This document shows, one piece after another, positions 1-12,576 of a DNA stretch of 64,000 nt (positions within the stretch are counted from its first letter, which is position 1; the number at the start of each line of letters is the position of its first letter). The translations under genes and the position numbers were made by a program. The DNA comes from Cladosporium halotolerans (taxonomy: Eukaryota). The DNA is taken from contig NW_027191477.1 in the NCBI RefSeq assembly GCF_011745625.1, positions 248,001-312,000 of the forward strand. Reading direction: 5' to 3'. The notes beneath the pieces were generated by a model. It saw only the letters and a program-made list of their open reading frames with translations. It searched no databases and was not told the DNA's origin.

Positions 1-197
1 GTAGTACCTTAGCACAATAAAAGCAGCTATCCTTCATCACAATCATGTCTTACGCCCCTCATATATGCTTTTATCTTCTCGCACCAAGTTTCACGCTCCT
101 TCTACGTGCCGTCGTCTTGTCGCGCGCGGTTCTAAAGGCCTTGCTCATACACCCCGTCGCGCTCTCGTGTGCGACATCGCGTTTTCGTCGCACAGCG

Positions 198-342
198 GAT
201 GGTAGCACTCCGTGTCCACGCTTCAGGCGCGAGATGCTTGGAATAGCATCTCGCGCTCCCGGATCCAAATTCGCTTCCTCACGCTACAGAGGCGATGGTA
301 GCACTCCATGTCCACGCATCGCGCGCGAGATGCTTGGAGCTA
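198..342. repeat. Imperfect direct repeat, two ~45-bp copies 96 bp apart
   Basis: gatggtagcactccgtgtccacgc..gcgcgagatgcttgga at 198 and gatggtagcactccatgtccacgc..gcgcgagatgcttgga at 294. Confidence 0.85.
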
Positions 343-1767
343 GGTGTGCCTCCGTCAACCGCAGCAGCGCGCCGCCCTTTCCCACCAACGTTGTTGGTTC
401 CTCCCCTGCCACAGACTGTTGCATGAATGGCGGCCCCAATTTTCCTGCATCACGCTTGACACCCGAACTGTCACATCGCCGCTGGGCACAAATCTTGCGG
501 CGTGCAGTTGGGCCTACGCGGCAGCCTGCCATTCAGAAGAGCACCGCAACAGCCTCAACTCTACATGCCCTCTTGACCTGCGATCCGCACTTTGCCGCCT
601 CCTCACCGGCCGCGCAAGCGACTTCCTTTCCATTGCTGCTGTCTTGCCATGAAGATGCCGGTGGAAAGGATATCACCACCTTCGGGGCCGTCGTACAAGA
701 GCAACACATGCCAGCGGCGAGACGGACGCTGGAACCTTTCGCCGCGGCGGCGGCGGCACTTTCGCGTCGGCCGTGGATACTGTGAGGACGACAAGGGCCC
801 TTGGGGCTGCGCGACTGTTCGAGAAGTACTGGTGGCAGTGATGCGCACGGCAAGCATGCTCTTGGTTGCACGGCGTCTCTAATCACATCGCTGAAACATA
901 ATAATAGCCAAACGAAACTCACCCATCAGTAGGATTGCGACACACGCTCAGCCAGACCGAGAAGGCGCGGGCGCCTCAGAGAAATCCGTGGTGGTAGTGC
1001 TGGCTTTGCCACATCCTCACCGTCGCCACCTCCCTTGCCAAAACCCCGCAGACCATCCTTCCCAGAGCCTGGCGCCTGAGTGACAGCTCGGACTTGGGAG
1101 GAGGTGTTGTGCTCGCAGCGGTGACAGGCCCCAAGGAAAGCGACACGGACGGATAGGTGAGGGAGAGGTCGGACGCGAGCAAGCTCCATCTCACTATTAG
1201 CAGAGTCTCATCAAGCAGGACGGGCCTACTGAGGGCATTCTGCCATTGTACGAAGCGTAGGAGTCCGCGGACTCTTGTAACTTGCAGCGTCGGTGGTTTC
1301 TGAACTTTGCAGGCAAACGACCAACCATGAAACCCTATACCCTAACCCTTATGCGCGTATCTAAAGGAGCCGAATACGAACTTCTAAATTCGATATCCGC
1401 TGCCCCGGCTCCCCGGCCACGCCTTGCATGGGTTTGTTCAGCATGAAAACCCGGCTATATTAAAGTCAGCATATACCGCATCGTCAAGCCCCGACGAGTC
1501 CGCTGGAAAACGCTTCCGCGGCTCGGACTGCTACGACCGCTGTTGCTGTGATTGCCGCGAGGGCGGCGATCATTGCTGTTGCGGCTGTCGTTGGCGGCTG
1601 TCGATGGCGGCTGTCGCGCGGAGTGGCGCGGAGCAAGTGCCAACTTGCTTCCAAGGTTGTGTTGGCAGCGCCAGCATTGCACGTACGTGCACTCGTGACC
1701 ACGCGCGCAAACACAGCATCGCTTCAACGTATTCATGTCGCGGCAGCGGAGACGGTGATGCAGGTTC

Positions 1768-3450
1768 ATGGACGATATGGATATGGCTGAGCGTGACGAT
1801 GACTCCTTTCATGGGGACAATCCGGCCCTGCGCTTATCCGATGCCCCTCAATGGCGCCATCAAAACACATCGCGCGGCTCTGCCGAGACAAGAAGACGGG
1901 GCTTCGGCCATATGACCGCAACGCGGAATCAACAACATCCACCACACTTCAAGGCTTCACTCGCATACCGCGACCGGTCGGGAGTTTGCCACAATGTCGA
2001 TGGGCCGAGCACGGCTTCGTCCAACACGGCGAGTCCGGACGGTATGGACGTCGACGGTCAACGACCCGGCGACACCACCAGCGACGATGCAGACGGCGAA
2101 GAATCTGTTGAAGAAATTCCGCGCGACTCTCATACTTCCGACGAGGAAATCGCAATTCGTGCACCCTTACGTGGCCTTGCCCTCACGACTGATGACCAGT
2201 TCACCCACGACATTGGCCAGTGGTACTTTCTCACTCAGATGCCCGAAAATGATCTCCAGTTCTTTGAATCTGCTCAGGATCACTGGGTGAAAGGGATCTG
2301 GGAGATGGCGCGTATTAGCCAGCCCATGTACGCCGCAATGGGGTCCTTTGCTTTACACAAGAAAGCAGCTCTGTCAGGACCTCAGGCTAGGCCTCAGTAT
2401 TACGAGCAGAAGGGTCGCATGATCCAAGAAATTGTGGCGAATCTCCAAACCAGCCAGGGGGGCCCAGATCCTTACACGCTCGTGGCTATCGCCATCCTTG
2501 GATACCTTGACATTCGCGACGGAGAGTTCCAGTCCGCAGAGACTCATCTCCAGGCAGTATGCAAATTCATCGATATGGCTTCTTTAAGCCCACATGCCTG
2601 GCTTTACTGCGTCTGGATCGATCTACGCTATGCGCTTTTCACTGGTAAAGAGCCGATGTTACCTTTTTATATTCCAGCGGCATACCGCGAGCTTCCGGGA
2701 TCTGTACTTTCCTGCCAACAGGAAGCCTCACGACTTGGCTCTATAAACGCGTCAGAATGTCCACGGTCGCCATTATTCACACTAGACATGGCATGCGACC
2801 TATTCCGCAAGTTACACGCTCTCTGCTTCTGCTCAGACGTGCTTTTACCCTCAGAAGATCCACCATTCGGACAAGTCTACGCCCTCGAATACGGGCTCCG
2901 AGTAGTGCAAGCTCGAGCCCAACGCAGCCACGGCGAAATATTCAACTCCTCCATAGTCCTACTCGTCACATGTTCCATCCAACTCCACGTCTGGATGGCC
3001 TCCCGCTTCTGGACGCCGCAACGGCGAGAATCACACCTCTCCCTCATCACCCGAGCCAGCAAACTCATCCATTCCTTCGACGACCTCGTCACAGAATGGT
3101 ACATCTTTGCCGGCCTCGAATCCCTCCTCTGGGTCCTATTCACCATCGTCGCGACGCTGCGAGCGCACGAACACCCCGAAACCCAAGAAATCCTCGACCT
3201 CCTCCACAAAGCCTTCCAGAAGGCCAGAATCACGCAACGCTCGGACTTCGAATCTAGACTACAGCGGTGGCCCTGGCTTAGGAATTGGCATCCGGTCCAG
3301 ATCAGCGAGATCTGGGCGACGCTCTCGGCCCGCTTTTCGGACCTTGTGCCCGCTGAGGCGCCTCCGCAGGCATCGGACAGCACTGCGGTGTCGCCGAAGG
3401 CGAGGTATCGATGGTTCATAGGGGGTTTGGAGTTTTTCAATAGTTTATAG
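1768..3450 (+). CDS. Putative fungal-specific transcription factor domain protein (Fungal_trans_2-like; no Zn2Cys6 seen)
   Basis: 560-aa ORF; low-complexity N-terminus, then a helical domain with 'TLVAIAILGYLDIRDGEFQSAETHLQAV' and 'WIDL' typical of this family; in-frame stop just upstream of ATG 1768. Confidence 0.6.
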   Translation: MDDMDMAERDDDSFHGDNPALRLSDAPQWRHQNTSRGSAETRRRGFGHMTATRNQQHPPHFKASLAYRDRSGVCHNVDGPSTASSNTASPDGMDVDGQRPGDTTSDDADGEESVEEIPRDSHTSDEEIAIRAPLRGLALTTDDQFTHDIGQWYFLTQMPENDLQFFESAQDHWVKGIWEMARISQPMYAAMGSFALHKKAALSGPQARPQYYEQKGRMIQEIVANLQTSQGGPDPYTLVAIAILGYLDIRDGEFQSAETHLQAVCKFIDMASLSPHAWLYCVWIDLRYALFTGKEPMLPFYIPAAYRELPGSVLSCQQEASRLGSINASECPRSPLFTLDMACDLFRKLHALCFCSDVLLPSEDPPFGQVYALEYGLRVVQARAQRSHGEIFNSSIVLLVTCSIQLHVWMASRFWTPQRRESHLSLITRASKLIHSFDDLVTEWYIFAGLESLLWVLFTIVATLRAHEHPETQEILDLLHKAFQKARITQRSDFESRLQRWPWLRNWHPVQISEIWATLSARFSDLVPAEAPPQASDSTAVSPKARYRWFIGGLEFFNSL

Positions 3451-3794
3451 AGCTGCTGGTGTGGCTGCTCGATGATTTAATGAATGATAAAAGATTCTTT
3501 CTAGAATTGCTGGATGTGTCCACCGGGTGTGCGTATGATCATCATGATCTTCACGTGAAAACGCGAATGAAGCTGCAATTGATGGCACCCTTCATGGAAA
3601 ATACGGACAAGGGTGACAATTTGCGCTCCGACACGTGAGGTAGTCCCTATGCATGGTTGGCTATATTGTAACGTCCATCAGCTTTGGGACCAGATTGGTG
3701 CAAGTTCCAGGCCCGCAAGAACAAACAATGAATGGAGTTAGAATTGTGTTGGTTGATGAAACGCCGAACTCCTGCGTAACAACCGGTTAATGAT

Positions 3795-4748
3795 TCAGCG
3801 TCTACGCCAGAACCGCCGAAAACTCATGAAACCAAGGATAGCCCACCCCATGCCACGACCCACAACCAACGGCAGTCCATACTTGACCCACGACCACGGC
3901 GCACCAAGCCTAGGCTCCGGCACCAGCGACCTCATCTCTGCCCCTCCCAGACCGACCCCTTCCTCAGCCTTCAGCCCACTTACCTCCCTCACAGCCTCCA
4001 TCACAATCCTCACAACCTCCTGAGGCTTACTCAAGAACGGAGAGTGACTAGCAGCCAACTCCTCATGAACCACAACCCCACCCTGCCCCCTCGCCATCCC
4101 CACCTGCACCCTCTGCAAAACAACCGGCAGCGCCCTGTCCTCCGCCGTGCCCACATACCACGTCGGAACGTCCCTCCAGCCCGCGTACACGTGCTCGCCG
4201 CCCTCGAAGAGCGCCTTCAGGCTCTGCGGCGTCAGCTCGGCGACGCAGCGCGCCGCTTCGTCGGCGGCGAGGTCGTGGTAGAAGAGCTCGCGAGGGCTCG
4301 TGGCGAGCTCGGCGAAGCCGGTGGTGCGGTTCGCGCGCCAGGAGGGGGGCGGGATGCCGAGGAGGGGGTCCATGAAGGAGAGGCCTGTGATGGCGAAGCC
4401 GGAGGCTATGAGGATGAGGGTTTTGACATGGCCAGGGCTCGTGAGGCTTGATGGTGGGTTGGAGTGAGAGCGGCTGAAGCCTTCGATGGCGCTGGCGCCG
4501 ACCATACCGCCGTAGGAGTGGGCGATGACTACGACATCGCGGCCTTGCGTTGTTTCGGAGGAGATGACGGCTTTGGCGGCGTCGAGATCGTTCTTGAATG
4601 TTGCGTCGGGGTCGCCGGTTGTTGATGGGAGGGTGACGGTGAGGCATTTGATGTTATGGCCGCGTTGGAGCTGTTCTATGACTTTGTTGTAGCAGCTGGG
4701 TTTGTGCCAGGATCCTGGGACGAAGACGAGGGTTGGTAGCGATGCCAT
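3795..4748 (-). CDS. Alpha/beta-hydrolase (Abhydrolase_6 / methylesterase-like)
   Basis: Single-exon 317 aa; LVFVPGSWH oxyanion motif, AHSYGG nucleophile elbow, EDRAL acid, ASHSPFLS His motif; hydrophobic C-terminal tail. Confidence 0.9.
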   Translation of the reverse strand: MASLPTLVFVPGSWHKPSCYNKVIEQLQRGHNIKCLTVTLPSTTGDPDATFKNDLDAAKAVISSETTQGRDVVVIAHSYGGMVGASAIEGFSRSHSNPPSSLTSPGHVKTLILIASGFAITGLSFMDPLLGIPPPSWRANRTTGFAELATSPRELFYHDLAADEAARCVAELTPQSLKALFEGGEHVYAGWRDVPTWYVGTAEDRALPVVLQRVQVGMARGQGGVVVHEELAASHSPFLSKPQEVVRIVMEAVREVSGLKAEEGVGLGGAEMRSLVPEPRLGAPWSWVKYGLPLVVGRGMGWAILGFMSFRRFWRRR

Positions 4749-5259
4749 TTTGGCTGGATGACTATGCGGTACTGTCCTTGGAGCTCAATCGAGCGATTTG
4801 ATGAATAGAACGCCTTTCACCAACATCCCATCAGTTGACTGACCGGAAGAAAATGTAGGATACCAATGTCGGTGCGTGACGAAGACTGCGCGCGGCGAAA
4901 GCCGGCCGAACGACGGGAACCTGCATCTGTGGTTTTCGCAAACGCCGCGTTGCGGCACCTCTCCTCATGTGCTTCTTTTCAATGGACCATTCGAGTGTTG
5001 GTTCCCATTTCTGAGGTCCGTCGGACCTGGCAAGCAGGAGTCTGATCGCGCGAACCGTGAGTGGGTCCAGATCGTGGGATGCATGCCACCGGCGGCGAGC
5101 TGGACCTCTTCAGGGGCACATCGAAAGCACGCAGACAATGTGTAGTCGCTACAGGCCGTGTAAGATAAGTGATCCGAGCCGAATATGTTCATTTGAGCTG
5201 CGGTCATCAGCGCCCCCAACAGACCGCATATTCTACGCCATCTGCCCAGACCGAACGGC

Positions 5260-6048
5260 TTATTCACTGCCGCCCTTCTCCAGAGCACCTCCACCCAACA
5301 GCCCCCCGAGACTCTCCATTTCCTCCTCGATCATCCCCACAACCCCCGGCTTCCGCGTAAGATTGAAGTCGATGAGCGTAGCGCCATCGCCATTGACCAA
5401 AAAATGGCCCCTCTTGACATCCCCATGCACCAAACCCAGCGCGTGAAGCCGCCCCAACGCCCCCTCACAAGCCCGCAGATCCCCAACCCCAGCGCGCCGC
5501 GCATTCGCGACCTTCTCCAGCAGGAACCCGACCACCCTGCCCTCTTCGACGACGTGCCCAAGAAACCGGGGCCCGACGCCCGACCCCTCCAGCCACCCGT
5601 AGGCCTCGCACTCCTCGTCGACCTGGTCGACCTCCCACTCGAAGCGCGCGAGCTTCGCGACGACGGCGCCTTCGAAGAGCACCGACGTGGCCTCGTAGGC
5701 GTTGGCGCCGAGTTGCTTTCCCAGGCTGAGCGCGAGGTAGTCGACGCGCAGCGGGTGCCAGGCGTTCGTGACGCCGTGGAAGGCCTCTCGCTGGACCTTG
5801 TCGAAGTGGTGGCGCCCTGTGCGAGGGTCTTTGCTCACGGAGCCCGAGTTCCAGTCGCCGGGCGGCAGGGGCGGGAGGAGGGCTTTGATCCCGGGGCCGG
5901 AGAGCAGGTCGGCGGTGCGGTAGGCGCCTGCGGGGACGAAGATGTATTTGATCGAGGTGTTGTCGACCAGGAGGCGGAAGTAGTTGCCGATCGCGTCGTC
6001 GTTGTCGTTGTCGATGGACGCGTGGAGGAGCTGAATTGTGCGCGCCAT
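5260..6048 (-). CDS. Small protein-kinase-like fold protein (fungal family often labelled 'alpha-galactosidase A')
   Basis: ATG at 6048 (MARTIQLL); VVAKLARF, GPRFLGHV..GRVVGFLLE, HGDVKRGHFLV, LIDF kinase-like motifs. Confidence 0.75.
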   Translation of the reverse strand: MARTIQLLHASIDNDNDDAIGNYFRLLVDNTSIKYIFVPAGAYRTADLLSGPGIKALLPPLPPGDWNSGSVSKDPRTGRHHFDKVQREAFHGVTNAWHPLRVDYLALSLGKQLGANAYEATSVLFEGAVVAKLARFEWEVDQVDEECEAYGWLEGSGVGPRFLGHVVEEGRVVGFLLEKVANARRAGVGDLRACEGALGRLHALGLVHGDVKRGHFLVNGDGATLIDFNLTRKPGVVGMIEEEMESLGGLLGGGALEKGGSE

Positions 6049-6540
6049 GGTGATGGTTTCTGTGAGGAGAGGGTGGTTGTGGTGAGGTTGGAGAGTTAGG
6101 TCGATGCGCAAGAAGGAAGTTCTTGTAAGCCAGGTGGGTGGCGACTGATCACAAGGGCAGCTAATGAAGTACAGGGAATTTGAGGAAAGAGCGACCGCCC
6201 CCAAAGCAGGACTAGCGCGTCCACTTCCTGCACTGCCGCACGATTGTATCACGTGTTCGTCGACATGGCCGAACGTTACGCGATCTAAACGATCGGTAGT
6301 TTAAGTAACAGCCCATGAGTTCCCATTGGGACAACATCGAAAAGGGCGGAGAGGCTTGATGGTAGCACCTCACGCGCTTATTTCAAGCTCGAGAAACAAC
6401 TAGTATCTCAGCACACATCCAACAACTCACAAGAGCGCAACAAAGTCGTTCAGAAGAATACTTTCATTACCAGGACTACCTATATACATGTGCTCTGTCC
6501 CAGCCCCAGGCTTCCGTAACGCCGCGCTTGGTCGACGTGC

Positions 6541-6564
6541 TCGTTCGTTCGTTCGTTCGTTCGT
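6541..6564. repeat. (TCGT)6 microsatellite
   Basis: tcgttcgttcgttcgttcgttcgt directly visible. Confidence 0.9.
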
Positions 6565-6862
6565 GTATGCTAAGATAGGAAGCTAGGAAGCTGTAAAGTA
6601 GTGTGGCCGGCGGCGGTTGTGAGGAGCTGAGTGGCTCCATGCCTGGATGCTGTGCGAGAGAGAAGCCTCCGTGGAAAGTTCGTCGTGGGGGGCGTGAGAA
6701 TGCTTGGATGATGTAGACCAGTCTGCTCATACTTCATCACCTGCGGTGTATGGCAGGTAGGCCAAGTAGGTCGTGCGGATGGATTCGTTCGTAACTTCAT
6801 GCATGCGGGCATTCGTGATAATCCAATTCAGTCGCATCCAAACCGTCGCTCGTATCGCCCCC

Positions 6863-8922
6863 TCACTCGCTCTCCTCAGCCCCCTCGTCCGCCTCCTCCT
6901 TAACCCTCGAAGTCATATACGCCGCCACCAGCGCCGCAAGCCCACCAAACCTCAACACCCACGCCACGCTATCATCGCCCAGACTCCCCCTCGGCTTCTG
7001 CAGCACCTTGAAAATGACCGAGCTAACGAGCGTAGCGATGACCTGCGGCGCCGCGATGGAAACATTGTGAATGCCCAGCACGACGCCGGCCTGGTCCGCG
7101 CCCTCGGAGGGGTCCTCGCCGCGCGCGAGCATCTCGCCCTCGCGCGTGGGCGGGGGCGCGACGAGGCCGCGGCGGATGTTGTCGCGCTTGGAGATCTCGC
7201 CGGCGATGAGGGCGAAGGGGGCCCAGTTGGTCATGGCCCAGGGGACGCCGATGGCGCCGACGAGGACGATGGCGGCGGTGGCGTCGCGGACGGCGAAGGT
7301 CAGCCAGCACAGCAGGGCGAAGAGGATGTGGGAGAGCAGCCAGGCGCGGCGGAGGGTGAGCCAGCCGATGTCCATTTTGGGGGCGCGCTGGCGCAGGCGG
7401 TTGCCGCCGGTGGAGATGAAGGAGGCGTTGCGGTTCGCGGGCGTGTAGGCGAAGTAGTTGTCCTTCGTGGTGCCGCCGGGGGTTTTGGCGCCGGGCGTCA
7501 TAGGCCCGGGGGTTACGCGGCCGGGGGTCATGGGGCCTGGGGTCATGGCGCCGGTGGTTTGGGATTCGGGATCTTCGTAGGAGCTGGTGACGATGAAGGG
7601 GAGGATGATGCTGGAGGTGAAGGTGGTCAAGGCGAAAATGAGGAGGGCGAAGGTGCCGACGCGTGTGCCGGTCTGGTACACGAGGTCGATCTCGTGGTCA
7701 GTGAGGTTGGGATTCTCCGCGAGGATGGGACGGGCGTAGATTTCGCCGATGTAGGTGGTGATGTAGAAGAGGAACGGGAACCACCCAATCCAGGCAAAGA
7801 ATTGTACCCAGCAGATAGCCTTGATCTGCGTAGGCAGCTTGCGCATGGAGTGGTAAAGACCCTTGAAGAAGGCGAATACACCAGTCTCCTGTTCTGGTGG
7901 CGGGCCATCCTTGCGCGGGTCTCGCTCAGGGCATGTGATGCAAGTGATTGAAAGTGTGATTATCATGGCGGCACCCGCGATGACACACAGAATCTTAAAC
8001 TGTGTGTTTCCGAAGAACCATAGGTAGCGCGGTAAGTCGACGTAGCCGAAAAGGTATCCAACGATGTTGCCAACGCCAGTCATGCGAGACGCCCATGCAT
8101 TGGCAGTGTCCTGCTGGTGAGTCGGGGCCTGGTCGACGATGAAAGCGCGGATGGCAGCCTGGATGACATTGATGCTGAAGTCAAGGACATAGATCATCAG
8201 CACGGCAAAGACGGTCGTCGTGATGTTGGTTCCACGGCTGTCCTTCGGAACACCGAAGAGCTCCAGAATACCTCCAATGAGCTCTCTGGCCCAAGCGAGT
8301 GCCAGGAGTGAAAGGATGGTAAGCGCCGCACCTCCAATCATGAAAGGCCGACGCTTGCCAAAGCGCGAACGGCAGCGGTCAGACTTAGTACCAACATAGG
8401 GCTGGACCAATGTTCCAGAAAGAGGACCTGCGATCCAGACAAAAGCCAAGAAGGACTTGCTAATTCCCAGGCCAAGCAAGTAAGGTGATCCGTTCGAAAG
8501 CTCGACCGACCAGCCGATTTGGAGACTGCATGCTGTGTTAGCTATGTCCCGGTTCGTGGCCGCCCGCATGGACTATGCCGCAATCTTCCAACTTACCCTC
8601 CAATCGCCAGCGTCAACAGTATCATGTACCATGTGCTTTTGGACTCCTGCCAGTCATCTTCGTCACCGAAGTAGTCGTCAGGCTCATCCTGGTCCGTGCC
8701 ATGGCCCAATGGGTCTCCATGCTGCTCTCTCTGGCTAGCCAGCAGCGCAGTATGTTCGTCCGCACTCCTCTTTTTGAGCACGCCCTTGGGTGGCTCCTTG
8801 ATCGCCCGGTGAGCAGGGGAGTTCTGGCGGTCAGGCTGCTGGATGTTAAGCGAGGGTCTGTCGTGGGAGGTGTTCCTTGAGTGCGATGCCGACTTGCTGT
8901 CGACGGGCGGAGTGGACCCCAT
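6863..8922 (-). CDS. MFS sucrose/alpha-glucoside:H+ symporter (SUT1/SLC45-like); exons 8597-8922, 6863-8525
   Basis: LQIGWSVE, WIAGPLSGTLVQPYVG, SDRCRSRFGKRRPF, FFAWIGWFPFLFY motifs; intron 8526-8596 with GTAAGT donor, GCTAAC branch, CAG acceptor keeps frame. Confidence 0.92.
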
Positions 8923-9904
8923 GGCGCCGGAGAGATCTGGCGAAGAGAAAGGAGCTCGACTGGCAGAGGGAAGAGACGAGGACGAGAAAGTATTTCCAGG
9001 GAAGAGGCAAACAAGCACGGGCGGGCGAGGTGAAGAGGCTAGGCGTATCGAGGACGGGTGGGCGGCAGAGCCCGCAGCGACGATCAAGCGATGTCAGAAG
9101 GATCTGGGTGGCAGACACGCCAGAGCGGCGCCAGCGCGTCTACACTGCAGTAACGGTACCGCCCAAGGGCAGCGAGGGCAGCAGTCGATGGCGTCAAGGA
9201 TGCAGCAAGCGCGCGCTGGCTGAGGCCTGTGCGGGTGGCGAACAGCGTCTGGCGGCGGCGTGAGACAGGCGTCGGCGCCGCAGTATGACGGAGTGACGGT
9301 GCGTTGGGGGCGCGGTGAGATATAACACCAGCCGGCGTTGCAGTAGCAGATACACGGTGCGACAGGCGCATATGCAAGATGTGCCTAAGATGTGCCTTAG
9401 GGATGCTGGCAGCCAACACTTTTGCTGCCCTGCCGCCAGCCGCGCCCTCATCTGTGCTGCTGGATCTGGCGATGCCAATCGGACGCCCGGGCCCACCTGC
9501 TCCGTCACCACTACGCGCAGTGTGGAGGCGTCCCGTGCCGCCCGCGATGGCGCCTCCTGCCGCGGCTGCCTGAGCTTGTCTTCAACCCGTAGGGCAGACC
9601 AAGGCAGCCTCGCCCACGCTGGCTGGACGGGGCAGCACCACAGTCCAGACACCAGCCCACCAGCCCACCCATCCACCACAGCGACGCCGCAGTCAGTGTC
9701 TCCCGGCCTCATACACTTCTCCCACCTCAGCCGCAACGTCCTCGGCCTGCGACAGCTTGTGCGCCTCCTCCCCGCCAGCTGGTAGTACCCGACACCTGGC
9801 ATCGGTGCCTACCACCAGCCTGCCACACCCTGAATCACCTCGCCGAGCCGACCGCGTAGCCGACGGAGCATGCAGGTGCGATAACACTTTCATAACCTGC
9901 CAGC

Positions 9905-12073
9905 ATGGCTCTCGGAACTATACAGAGCGCCGCTTTCGAATTGCTCCGTCGCGATGCCTCCGACCCCGACGATACCGAAGACCCCGACGCAAGCCAGAAA
10001 GAGGTCTTCTCCTCTTGGGCGCTGCTCATCCTGATCGTCCTCCTCATAGTCGCCTTCTTCACCAGTTATGTCCTGCAGAGTAAAAAGATCCAGGCGGTGC
10101 ACGAGACGGTTGTGTCTATCTTTGCTGGAATGGTGGTTGGCTTGATACTGCGCTTGACGGTGGTCACTAGCGTGTTGGATGCTGTTAGTTTTGACTACCA
10201 GTTCTTCTTCAACTTGCTGCTGCCGCCTATCATCCTGGCCAGTGGATATGAATTACACCAGGTGGGTCTATTAGAAAGAGCAGGGCAAGGAACCATGACT
10301 GACTTATTGAAAGGCCAACTTCTTCCGCAACATCGGAACCATCTTGACCTTCGCTTTCGCTGGAACGTTTATATCTGCTTTGGTCCTTGGCGCAATTCTC
10401 TGGCTATGGACACGCATTCCGCTGGAAGGTCTGGACATCAGTTTTGTCGAAGCTATGAGCGTTGGCGCAACTTTGAGTGCTACGGACCCTGTGACGATCC
10501 TCGCCATCTTCACCACTTACAAGGTCGATCCGAAGCTCTACACCATCATCTTTGGTGAATCCATTCTGAACGATGCTATCGCCATTGTCTTGTTTGAGAC
10601 AGCGCAGAAATACAGACCTGGTGCTGATGCTGGAAAGCTCACGATCCTGAGCTTGTTCGAATCAATCGGCGTCTTCATGCTCGTTTTCTTTGGCAGTCTT
10701 GCCATTGGCATTGTCATCGGCGTTGCTACCAGTCTGCTGCTCAAGCTCACCCACGTGAGGAGAGATCCCAAGATCGAAAGCTGCCTCATCTTCTTAATTG
10801 CATACGCAAGTTATTTCTTCGCCAACGCTATTCACATGAGCGGTAAGCTGGTATTGTCTGAATCTAATCGGCGTAGATCATCGTACTAATCAATATCACA
10901 GGCATTGTATCTCTGCTGTTTTGCGGCATTTGCTTGAAGCACTACGCCTACCACAACATGTCAAGGCGCACCCAACTGACGACGAAATTCGTCTTCTCGC
11001 TCATGTCTCAACTCTCGGAGAACTTTATCTTCATCTACCTTGGATTGTCGCTCTTCACCTCCACAGGTCTGGAGTACAAGCCGCTGTTCATCCTCGTCAC
11101 GATAGTAGGAATCTGCGTGGCGCGCTGGTGTGCCGTCTTCCCACTCGCCGGACTCGTAAACTGGTTCATCCGCTACCGCGCACGGCGCCGGGGCCAAGAA
11201 GCCGCTGAAGAGATCCCCATCAACTGGAAGATCATGATCTTCTGGGCCGGCCTGCGCGGCGCCGTCGGCGTCGCCCTCGCCGAAGGCCTAGGCGGCTCCT
11301 CCAACGGCTACGCCCTGCGCGCCACCGTGCTCGTCGTCGTCGTCCTGACCGTCATCATCTTCGGCGGCACGACCAGCCGCATGCTCGAGATCCTCAAGAT
11401 CCGCACCGGCGTCGTCGAGGAGATCGACTCCGACGATGAATTCGACATCGAGCCCGTCCCCAACAGCACGGGCGCCTACTCACGCAAGAACGGCCGCGCT
11501 TTCGGGCACACGCCCAAACCCTCCACGTCCGGCATGAACGGCGCCTACACCCTCGACTACGTCGACAGCAGCACCCGCAACCGCTCCGACTCCCGCGCAG
11601 CAACGACCTACAGCTCCGGCAACGCGACCGGCAGCCCGCCCTTCCCCCCCGAATTCTCCCGCCGCGCCAGCTCGCGCGGCCGCAACAACGCCCACAGCGC
11701 CGCGGAGCAAGGCCTGCTCACGCGCCCCGAAGACGACGACTCCGCGCTCCCCTCCGACACCGACGAAGCGGACGACGACCTCGACCTCCCGCCCTCCGCG
11801 CGCAGCCGGCCCGCGGAAGCCGACACCAACAACCCGTACCCCGTCGCGGGCTCGCGCGCGAGCAGCTCCGCGGACCAGCAGGCGCAGGCGCACGCGCACA
11901 TGACGGCGCGCGGGGCGTTCAACTCGATTCTGAACGCGACGAGCGAGGACGCGGGGAACCTGTTCAATAGGCTGGACGAGGGGTTTTTGAAGCCGCATTT
12001 GCTGCTCGATCCGGGCAATGGGTCGGGGAGGCATCAGGGCGGTGGTGGTGGGGGAGGAGGTGGGGAGAGGTAG
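9905..12073 (+). CDS. NHX1: Endosomal/vacuolar Na+(K+)/H+ exchanger; exons 9905-10261, 10314-10842, 10902-12073
   Basis: FFNLLLPPII, SATDPV, FGESILNDA, WAGLRGAV CPA1 signatures; two canonical introns join three ORF fragments. Confidence 0.95.
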
Positions 12074-12551
12074 GTGGAGGGGTTGGGTTTGGTTTGGGGT
12101 GGTTTTGTCTAGATATATAAGCGCTTTTTTATGATGTTTTCTTTTAGACGTTCGCGATGCATGGATGTGTTGGTGTATCATAGCTGGTTTTCGAGCGTGG
12201 CTGGTTCTTGGAATGAGTTCACTCAGATACGCTTCTCTTCTTGGAAGATCACATTGTGTCGTGTTACTCGCCCAGCCGCGGCGCATTTGCCTCTTACAGC
12301 GCCCTTCGTGCGGCGCGGCTTGACAGCAGCCTCGCTTAAGCACGCTCGCTCGCTTGCATGCATGCGTGCAGACATGCAGAGCAGCGTTGAAGCCCCGTGA
12401 ACGTGAAGGCTCCAAACAGATCCGACAGAGCTGATGTGTAGAGTACACGCAGAAGCTCCGTCAGTGGCGGCCTAGGCACGACCTGATCAAGTCCTCCAAG
12501 GCCTCAGAGAGACCTCCAGATAAGCTTCGACATAAGCATCTCATCTGCATA

Positions 12552-12576
12552 CATCGCATCGCATCGCATCGCATCG
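12552..12576. repeat. (CATCG)5 microsatellite
   Basis: catcg repeated five times. Confidence 0.9.

Noticed and set aside
71..1189. Four consecutive minus-strand ORFs in the same frame separated by single stops, and the overlapping 246-aa plus ORF 45-785
   Set aside because: No recognisable domain or codon bias; could be a pseudogene or chance in GC-rich DNA, so not called
1331..1350. Telomere-like aaccctataccctaaccct
   Set aside because: Only one perfect CCCTAA unit; not an array
6773..7951. 392-aa plus-strand ORF (and similar antisense ORFs 11480-12448, 22034-23512, 30008-30985, 45428-46504, 47159-48268)
   Set aside because: Antisense shadows of well-supported high-GC3 genes
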